From positions 1-64,000 of the IMG/VR virus record IMGVR_UViG_3300012147_000001: a stretch of DNA of 64,000 nt; one strand, 5' to 3'. This DNA comes from a virus. Below the pieces are notes generated by a model, which was not told the origin of the DNA, made no database searches, and saw only the letters and a program-made list of their open reading frames with translations. Both the position numbers and the translations under genes were made by a program. This document shows, piece by piece, positions 39,118 through 45,114 of the stretch. Numbering within the stretch: position 1 is the stretch's first letter; each line of letters opens with the position of its first letter.

Positions 39118-39271
39118 AGAAATAACCTGATACTTGATGTGCATAAACACCTCTGTTAAATGCACTCTCAAATAACTGTCTTTGTACCAATGTATCTCTT
39201 AAACCATACTCTTTAAGAAACTCTTGATACTCTTTTTCTAGTATTTCATTTGGATGAAAGCTATCGCTCAT
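39116..39271 (-). CDS. Small early protein (51 aa, not in the ORF track)
   Basis: MSDSFHPNEILEKEYQEFLKEYGLRDTLVQRQLFESAFNRGVYAHQVSGYF*; GAGG RBS. Confidence 0.6.
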   Translation of the reverse strand: MSDSFHPNEILEKEYQEFLKEYGLRDTLVQRQLFESAFNRGVYAHQVSGYF

Positions 39272-39752
39272 AATTTAACCTCAGTTTATAAACATAAAGT
39301 GAAATTGTTGGAGGTAACATTTCAAACAATTCCAACATAACATTCCAATCACCACCAGCCAATCCACAACACATGAACTCAGGTACTGCAATTTTAGTAG
39401 GTCTCATTCGTCCACTGTTTACAACAGACTTCATCAAAGCTATTTGCATGAATGCTTTAGCTATTGCACCATAATGAACATTTCTATTAGCACCACCAAT
39501 ACTACTTTGACCAATGATATTTAACACACCATCATGTTCAATAACATTACCTAACGAACTTGCATTAAAGTTCCATAACTTACAGAACTTATAATACTTT
39601 TCGTATGCTTCAGGAAACTCATGCTTAACTTGCTTGGCAATGCCAGCTCCCATCAATCCTTTTGTATTACAGCAATGCATCAAGAAATCAACATTACCGT
39701 TTTTTAATGCTTTAACAGCATCACCTTCTACATAAGTAATATTTACCATCAC
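39261..39752 (-). CDS. Macrodomain protein (ADP-ribose processing)
   Basis: VEGDA, HCCN...MGAGIAKQVK..FP and CGLAGGDW. Confidence 0.88.
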   Translation of the reverse strand: MMVNITYVEGDAVKALKNGNVDFLMHCCNTKGLMGAGIAKQVKHEFPEAYEKYYKFCKLWNFNASSLGNVIEHDGVLNIIGQSSIGGANRNVHYGAIAKAFMQIALMKSVVNSGRMRPTKIAVPEFMCCGLAGGDWNVMLELFEMLPPTISLYVYKLRLNYER

Positions 39753-39952
39753 AATATCTCCAATATCTCAATTTCACCATCCATAAAATACAGACCTTCT
39801 GGAGTATTTTTAGTAAACACATCAACACCAAAATCATCTTTAATAGTGGCTTCAACAATATCACCCACTGCTATCTTTTCATTAAAATAACCACCAGAAG
39901 TTAACAACTTAACTCTGGCTTTTTTACCTGCATTCTTTCTCAATCTAAACAT
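39749..39952 (-). CDS. Early hypothetical protein
   Basis: 67-aa beta-rich ORF with GAGG RBS. Confidence 0.6.
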   Translation of the reverse strand: MFRLRKNAGKKARVKLLTSGGYFNEKIAVGDIVEATIKDDFGVDVFTKNTPEGLYFMDGEIEILEIL

Positions 39953-39990
39953 AAAAAATCCTCAACTCCCTATTACAGGGAGTATTTAAT

Positions 39991-40116
39991 TTAATCTTCT
40001 AATAACTTAGCTCTATGAGCTAGTATTTCATTGTATTTCTTTTCAAGACGCTCACGCTCAACATCACTAATAGTCGAGCTATAAAGCTGACGTTCAATTA
40101 TTTCTAACATATCCAT
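39991..40116 (-). CDS. Small early protein (41 aa, not in the ORF track)
   Basis: MDMLEIIERQLYSSTISDVERERLEKKYNEILAHRAKLLED*; GGAG RBS; directly after a hairpin promoter. Confidence 0.65.
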   Translation of the reverse strand: MDMLEIIERQLYSSTISDVERERLEKKYNEILAHRAKLLED

Positions 40117-40137
40117 AGCTAACTCCAGTATTAATTA

Positions 40138-40157
40138 TCATTAAGCGGTGAAACCGC
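40138..40157 (-). promoter_or_regulatory. vRNAP hairpin promoter
   Basis: Template strand TCATTAA-GCGG-T-GAA-A-CCGC. Confidence 0.8.
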
Positions 40158-40167
40158 ATTGTGTTAA

Positions 40168-40190
40168 ATAAAAAGAGAGCCGAAGCTCTC
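40168..40190 (-). terminator. Intrinsic terminator
   Basis: Minus strand GAGAGC-TTCG-GCTCTC-TTTTT. Confidence 0.88.
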
Positions 40191-40194
40191 ATGT

Positions 40195-40431
40195 TTATAC
40201 TTTACAAAACCATCCATCTCTTTCAGGAACACAATAAATATGTATCATGTCTCCATCAGAGCAAATATGAAGGTTCATATTACCTTTGTCATCTTCATTA
40301 GAAGACACATATTCACCAGATTCTTGCTTGATTTTAATCAACCAACGAAAGAATCTATGCTTTGTTAATGAGTGCTTACACATGAAAGCATCACACCAAG
40401 TACTAACCTCTTCTGTTCTACTATTTCGCAT
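40195..40431 (-). CDS. Early hypothetical protein
   Basis: 78-aa ORF with GGGAG RBS. Confidence 0.6.
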   Translation of the reverse strand: MRNSRTEEVSTWCDAFMCKHSLTKHRFFRWLIKIKQESGEYVSSNEDDKGNMNLHICSDGDMIHIYCVPERDGWFCKV

Positions 40432-40570
40432 GTTTAATCTCCCACAACATACTTCTAAACACTAAATAAAAGTATTTAACTTTATTATTCATTATCCAAG
40501 ATTCAAAACTACTACCGTCACTACACTGACGATTAATAAATCTAATTATTACTGGCTTTTTATTAGACAT
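40421..40570 (-). CDS. Small early protein (49 aa, not in the ORF track)
   Basis: MSNKKPVIIRFINRQCSDGSSFESWIMNNKVKYFYLVFRSMLWEIKHAK*; GAGAG RBS; overlaps the next start. Confidence 0.5.
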   Translation of the reverse strand: MSNKKPVIIRFINRQCSDGSSFESWIMNNKVKYFYLVFRSMLWEIKHAK

Positions 40571-40589
40571 AATGACTCTCATTATTAAT

Positions 40590-40765
40590 TAAAAGACTAA
40601 AGGAATTTGGGTGCAATTGAGTAAGGGAGCACGAAGACCTTTTAGAGTTTTAACTAGACTCTTAACTAGCTTCTTTGAATTTGGTAGAAGCACCAAGCAT
40701 ACGTCTATACAACAGCTTAAACATATTGTTCGTCAACAACATGAGTACAGTGAATCACCACTGCC
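40590..40765 (-). ncRNA. Candidate structured early RNA / long leader
   Basis: Begins at the predicted +1 of a hairpin promoter; successive stems CAGTG/CACTG, CATGTTGTT-GACG-AACAATATG, GCTTCT/AGAAGC and AGAGT/ACTCT. Confidence 0.4.
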
Positions 40766-40783
40766 ATTAAGCCCTGAAAGGGC
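40763..40783 (-). promoter_or_regulatory. vRNAP hairpin promoter
   Basis: Template strand GCCATTAA-GCCC-T-GAA-A-GGGC. Confidence 0.82.
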
Positions 40784-40898
40784 ATAGTACTGATTAGTAC
40801 AGTATAGTAACAAGTAAGCTCCATAATAAAGATTACTAAGGTTATAGGTCTCTTATAACTCTCTATCTTGAGGTGTTTGTGTTAAATGTGTTGAATTT

Positions 40899-40923
40899 AA
40901 AACCTACCGTTTAGGGTAGGTTT
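40899..40923 (-). terminator. Terminator after the first early gene
   Basis: AAACCTACC-loop-GGTAGGTTT inverted repeat. Confidence 0.65.
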
Positions 40924-40927
40924 AGTG

Positions 40928-41140
40928 CTAAGACTTCTTAGCTTGAGGTTTAACAGTGAGGGATTCCATTAGAGCTACAGCTTCTAATCTCTGCTCCTCA
41001 CGTAGAATGTCGATGGCGTCTTCTGCCATCTCAACAGTCTTACGAGTTGTACGTGCAGCAACTACAACAACGTTTAAGGTTTCATCAATAGCTACTGATG
41101 ACTTGTCTAATACGTTACCTATAAATGAGAATATGTTCAT
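40928..41140 (-). CDS. First early gene (N4 gp1-like position)
   Basis: 70-aa amphipathic helical ORF, GGAG RBS, first gene behind the outermost hairpin promoter. Confidence 0.6.
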   Translation of the reverse strand: MNIFSFIGNVLDKSSVAIDETLNVVVVAARTTRKTVEMAEDAIDILREEQRLEAVALMESLTVKPQAKKS

Positions 41141-41172
41141 GATTAACTCCGAAGTTAGAACAAGGCAAGATT

Positions 41173-41194
41173 GCCACTAAGGGCTGAAAGCCCT
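41173..41194 (-). promoter_or_regulatory. vRNAP hairpin promoter (outermost)
   Basis: Template strand GCCACTAA-GGGC-T-GAA-A-GCCC(T). Confidence 0.82.
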
Positions 41195-41199
41195 GTGTA

Positions 41200-41780
41200 T
41201 GTTGAAGGGGTGGCAGTACCAGTAGTAGGTAGGTAGTGCATAGGGGGGGTGTGTTTTTGTTTTTGGGTTTAAAACAGTAAGTATTGCATTCATACTCAAA
41301 AATGAAATTCCATCTAATAACTTAATTTTTCGTTATAAAACAATGACTTATGTTAGTAAGTAATAAATGTTAAAAAAATTATTATATATTAAGCTCTTAA
41401 TGGCTCTGTGTGAGGTTTTAATTGTTAAGTAGGGTGAATGTGTGAGTGTAAGGTAGATAATGGCTCTGTGTGTTGGTTTAGTTGGTTTAATGTTATTTAG
41501 TAAAGCTTGCGGTAGCCCTTTCCTGTAACGAAGTGAGTATAGGAGTAAAAACAAGCTGTGGTTGTTTTTCTCCACTGCACGAGTGGAGGGAAAGCAAGTG
41601 AGAAGCGGATTGACTAATGACGCTTTGAACGGTCTTCTAGGAATAGGAGCGGAGCGACTATGTCCGTGGTTTTCCCAGTCTTAACTAGCTAGTCATTTGA
41701 GCAGGTGTCCGAGCCATGCTAATATGGCGACTTGTATACAACTAGACAAAAGAGTATGACTCAGTTTAAATAATGCTATA
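41200..41780. other. Non-coding divergence region; probable genome end / terminal-repeat junction
   Basis: Separates early (minus) from late (plus) genes; G7 tract at 41243-41249; strong G/T skew; N4-like genomes end at this position. Confidence 0.55.
41398..41472 (+). repeat. 15-bp direct repeat TAATGGCTCTGTGTG, two copies 60 bp apart
   Basis: Exact copies at 41398-41412 and 41458-41472. Confidence 0.8.
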
Positions 41781-41786
41781 TAGTGG

Positions 41787-41815
41787 TTGACAATCATACT
41801 TACTAAATGTGTAAT
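41787..41815 (+). promoter_or_regulatory. Sigma70-like late promoter
   Basis: TTGACA-17 bp-TGTAAT. Confidence 0.7.
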
Positions 41816-41839
41816 TATTATCAATACAGGTATCCATTA

Positions 41840-42178
41840 ATGCTAATTATGTCACTTACAGTGAACCAAAGATTTACTAAGATAGATAACAATGTAATAC
41901 ATGATAATAGGTTATCATCTAATGCAAAGACCATGTATTGCATAATGCAAAGCTTCCCTACAGGTAAACATGCGAGTAATGTTTATTTTATGAAAGCAAT
42001 GAAATTAAGCGAGCGTACTGTTACCAGAACACGTATGGAATTGATTAGAGCTGGTTATTTGGAAATAGAGAAAGTTAGTAAAAGAGAATATAAAGCGTTT
42101 CTTGGTACTAGCACAATTAGCGGATTAGAAGTTAAAAATAGGTACTATAAAGATGAACTACATTCTAAGAAAAGTTGA
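41840..42178 (+). CDS. Winged helix-turn-helix protein (replication-initiator N-terminus-like)
   Basis: FTKIDN.VIHD.RLS..AK..Y and LSERTVTR...ELIRAGYL; start placed downstream of the promoter. Confidence 0.75.
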   Translation: MLIMSLTVNQRFTKIDNNVIHDNRLSSNAKTMYCIMQSFPTGKHASNVYFMKAMKLSERTVTRTRMELIRAGYLEIEKVSKREYKAFLGTSTISGLEVKNRYYKDELHSKKS

Positions 42179-42500
42179 TATGGGTAGTGATGCCTTAAAC
42201 AGAGTAATGACTGAAGCTAAGATTAGTAACGGTGCTAAAGTACTTTACACTTTTCTTTTTGGATTGCGTTCTGGCGAGATTATTAATAATGAAAAGCTTA
42301 TTAAAGATAATGTTGCTGTTAGTAGAGCTATGGTAAATAACTATAAACGAGAGCTTAAAGCACTTGGCTTACTGCACGAAAATAAAGATGGTGAATCTAA
42401 TATACGATTTATGTATCTTGGCTCGCTAGGTGTTAATGCTTTAGTTTATGCTAAAGATTGGAAACGTGTTGAAATAAACAATGATTTTGAAGATGAATAA
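42153..42500 (+). CDS. Second, paralogous winged-helix protein
   Basis: ISNGAKVLY, VSRAMVNNYKRELKALGLL and YLGS align with the upstream ORF. Confidence 0.7.
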   Translation: MNYILRKVDMGSDALNRVMTEAKISNGAKVLYTFLFGLRSGEIINNEKLIKDNVAVSRAMVNNYKRELKALGLLHENKDGESNIRFMYLGSLGVNALVYAKDWKRVEINNDFEDE

Positions 42501-42519
42501 ATTAAAGGAGTTTTAAATA

Positions 42520-42729
42520 ATGTTTAGATACCAATGCCATAAAATTGTAGATGCCAAACCAATGAGTAGAGGACAGTATAATGTCTATCGTGGTTGGAAA
42601 ATACCTGATAACGAAAACCCAAAAGATGAAGGTTTTCTTGTTGTGTATAACCAAGGTACTGAAGACCATTATGAGTCATGGAGTCCTAAAAAAATATTTG
42701 AAGAAGGTTACACAAGGATTTATAAGTAA
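42520..42729 (+). CDS. Small phage domain often fused to nucleotide-sponge domains; candidate anti-defence protein
   Basis: K.V.AKPM.RG.YN.YRGW.IP..E.P.DEG.LV.Y...Y.SWSPK..FE..Y motif. Confidence 0.65.
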   Translation: MFRYQCHKIVDAKPMSRGQYNVYRGWKIPDNENPKDEGFLVVYNQGTEDHYESWSPKKIFEEGYTRIYK

Positions 42730-43133
42730 TGGCTGATATTACAATAAATACCGTTGTATTAGATGACTGTACAATTGGTGCGTTACAGTGCGGTAAGTTT
42801 AGGTGTTTTACTCTTGAATTACCTTGGATTAATAACGCAAATAGTATTAGTTGTATTCCAAGCGGTACGTATGATTACGTAGTACATCAAAGCCCAAGTT
42901 TAGGTAAAGTAATACACATTCTTGATGTTGAAAAACGAAAATGGATTTATATACATAAAGGTAATTTTAAACGACAAATTAAAGGCTGTATTTTAGTTGG
43001 TACAATGCTTAAAGATATTGATGGTGATGGTTCACCTGATGTTGGTAGTAGTGGTACAGCATTTAATAATTTAATGAATGCTATTAGTTTAAATGGCGGA
43101 ACAATAACAATTAACGGAAAAGGAAGAACATAA
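42729..43133 (+). CDS. DUF5675-family protein (candidate cell-wall enzyme)
   Basis: TIG.L, TLELPW..N....SCIP.GTY and I.IH.GN......GCILVG. Confidence 0.75.
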   Translation: MADITINTVVLDDCTIGALQCGKFRCFTLELPWINNANSISCIPSGTYDYVVHQSPSLGKVIHILDVEKRKWIYIHKGNFKRQIKGCILVGTMLKDIDGDGSPDVGSSGTAFNNLMNAISLNGGTITINGKGRT

Positions 43134-43134
43134 C

Positions 43135-43332
43135 ATGTCAGACCACGTAAAAAGAATGGAAATAGAGTTTAATGAATTAAATACAAAAATTAATGCATTA
43201 AGTAAGTTTATTCATCTAAAGAATGTATTTCAAACTTTAGATTATTTAGAACAAATTAGAATGATAAAGCAACTAGGTTTTATGCAATCCTATGCTGACG
43301 TTCTTAATACAAGATTAGAGGAAGCAGAATAA
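43135..43332 (+). CDS. crAss001_48 / Sequestin-like helical protein (candidate immune-signal sponge)
   Basis: RM..E..EL..KINALSKF...Q...M.SY..VL..R motif. Confidence 0.65.
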   Translation: MSDHVKRMEIEFNELNTKINALSKFIHLKNVFQTLDYLEQIRMIKQLGFMQSYADVLNTRLEEAE

Positions 43333-43709
43333 TGAAAAAGTTACCTGACGCATGTTTAGTTGAAGAAGATGTTGCAGACACTACAATGAGTAATGATTTT
43401 GTAAAGTCTGGTTCAGTTTTTCCTAAAGTTAATCCTGAAAGTATTGCTGATTTAATGAGAAAAGTTGAATACGAAACTCACAGAGTTGGTACAACTAGTA
43501 CTATTGTTGCAACAGCAGTGCTAAATTATAAAGGCAGTACATTTACTTTGGCTCACGAATCTACTGCATGTGCTGACCCTCGTAATTTTAATCAAGAAAA
43601 AGGTGAATTTTATGCAATTAAAAAAGCATCTTTAGCTGCAAGAGATAAATTATGGGAACTAGAAGGCTATACTTTGTTTAAAGCACTAGCAGATAGCGTA
43701 AGTAAGTAG
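43332..43709 (+). CDS. Phage gp49/gp66 family protein (Acb4-like sponge candidate)
   Basis: ESTACADPRNFNQEKG...A.....RDKLWELEGY.L motif. Confidence 0.75.
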   Translation: MKKLPDACLVEEDVADTTMSNDFVKSGSVFPKVNPESIADLMRKVEYETHRVGTTSTIVATAVLNYKGSTFTLAHESTACADPRNFNQEKGEFYAIKKASLAARDKLWELEGYTLFKALADSVSK

Positions 43710-43750
43710 TACTATCGTTTAGTAAGTAAAAACAAATAGGAGAACTTACA

Positions 43751-44149
43751 ATGTTAAAAAGAGATTTATACGCAGTACTACACCTAGTATTAGCTACCAT
43801 TTTAACTACAGTGCATAAAGATATAACTAAAAATAGTACCAGCTATAAAAAGTTTTTAGAAACTCTCAATGCAAGGGTATTTGCTGCTGAAAGTGAAAAA
43901 GAAATTCGTATAGCTATAAACGAAATTAAGTTTTATCAAACGCCTATAGATAATGCTGTATTAGCTAATTTAATGTGGAAAGCGCGTAAATCATTTTATG
44001 AAAAAAACGTTGTAAGTGATGATGATGCTTCTGATGATGAAGGTGAAACAGAAGCTGATAGTGAAGGGGAAATAGATAATTCGGATTCAAATTCCGAAAT
44101 ACCAAAACCCCTAGCAAAGCCAAAACGAAAACCAAAATCTAAGGATTAA
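43751..44149 (+). CDS. Hypothetical protein with acidic linker and basic tail
   Basis: 132 aa; AGGAG RBS. Confidence 0.65.
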   Translation: MLKRDLYAVLHLVLATILTTVHKDITKNSTSYKKFLETLNARVFAAESEKEIRIAINEIKFYQTPIDNAVLANLMWKARKSFYEKNVVSDDDASDDEGETEADSEGEIDNSDSNSEIPKPLAKPKRKPKSKD

Positions 44150-44157
44150 TTATTGTG

Positions 44158-44247
44158 ATGAATGGTAAGAAAAAAGAACCAATGAAACGAAAACCTGTTA
44201 CTAGTAAAAAACCAAGTAACAAAAAACCTAAAAAAGAAAAGTACTAA
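44158..44247 (+). CDS. Putative 29-aa Lys/Pro-rich peptide (not in the ORF track)
   Basis: MNGKKKEPMKRKPVTSKKPSNKKPKKEKY*; AAGGA upstream; followed by a terminator. Confidence 0.5.
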   Translation: MNGKKKEPMKRKPVTSKKPSNKKPKKEKY

Positions 44248-44250
44248 ACT

Positions 44251-44285
44251 AAAGCCAGAGAACTTAAAACATTTTCTGGCTTTTT
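44251..44285 (+). terminator. Intrinsic terminator
   Basis: AAAGCCAGAG...TTCTGGCTTTTT. Confidence 0.7.
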
Positions 44286-44353
44286 AACGAGTAAGCTACG
44301 AGTACAAAGGGTTTGCGTAGCAATACCCTGCCAGTACGGAGTAGCGTAACGAG

Positions 44354-44382
44354 TTGACAAAATACGATTAAACCTATATAAA
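44354..44382 (+). promoter_or_regulatory. Sigma70-like late promoter for the packaging genes
   Basis: TTGACA-17 bp-TATAAA. Confidence 0.75.
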
Positions 44383-44412
44383 ACCTAAATTGAATTAATA
44401 TAGAGCACTGCA

Positions 44413-45114
44413 ATGAAATTAGGTATAGAAACAGTTAAAGCAGCGTGTCCACGCACATTAAAAAACAATGTTACACAAGACCTTGTAGACAAAATTAATA
44501 ACATACATACCGACCCTTTAATACGTGAATCAATGCAAGAAAAAGCATTAGGATTTATTAACATATTAACTGAAGGAAGGTTTCGTATTGATGACTATTT
44601 GAATGCAGTAAAGTATGTTACATATAAAATATCAGATAGTACTAACCAAGAAGCTTACGCAAAAGCATTTCCACATCGCTATCAAAAATTTCTTACAGAT
44701 GGTTTAGATGCTAAAGCTATATCAGCCTATGTTGCTATGTACGCGAAGGGTAAGCTGGTTACTATGCTTCTTGAACGTGCAATGATTCCAAGTTACTTGG
44801 TTAATGCTGATAATTTCCAAAAAGCCATCAACACACAAGTTGAAATAATGCTTACTGCAAAAAGTGAGATGGTACGTATGCAAGCTGCTAACTCAGTAAT
44901 GACGCATACTAAAGCACCTGAAACAGCTAAGATTGACCTTAAAATAACAGACGAAACACAAAGTTCAGTTCTTGATGAATTACGTAAAGCAACACAAGAG
45001 CTATCACGTAACCAACGTTTAGCAATTGAATCTGGTCAAATGACAGCTAAAGATATTGCACATTCAAGAGTAATAAAAGGTGAAGCTGTAGAGGTTGTGG
45101 ATGATAGAAACTAG
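44413..45114 (+). CDS. N4 gp69-like protein (probable terminase small subunit)
   Basis: DYLNAVKYVTYK, YAKGKLV and SEMVRMQAANS; immediately upstream of TerL. Confidence 0.8.
   Translation: MKLGIETVKAACPRTLKNNVTQDLVDKINNIHTDPLIRESMQEKALGFINILTEGRFRIDDYLNAVKYVTYKISDSTNQEAYAKAFPHRYQKFLTDGLDAKAISAYVAMYAKGKLVTMLLERAMIPSYLVNADNFQKAINTQVEIMLTAKSEMVRMQAANSVMTHTKAPETAKIDLKITDETQSSVLDELRKATQELSRNQRLAIESGQMTAKDIAHSRVIKGEAVEVVDDRN

Noticed and set aside
40755-40785. CACTGCC...GAAA resembling a solitary type I-F CRISPR repeat
   Set aside because: Lacks the GGCAG partner arm; fully explained by the hairpin promoter
41398-41472. Repeat pair read as a mini CRISPR array
   Set aside because: Only two 15-bp copies, no palindrome and no cas genes
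41348-41575. 75-aa minus-strand ORF in the terminal region
   Set aside because: Low-complexity product from skewed, structured non-coding DNA
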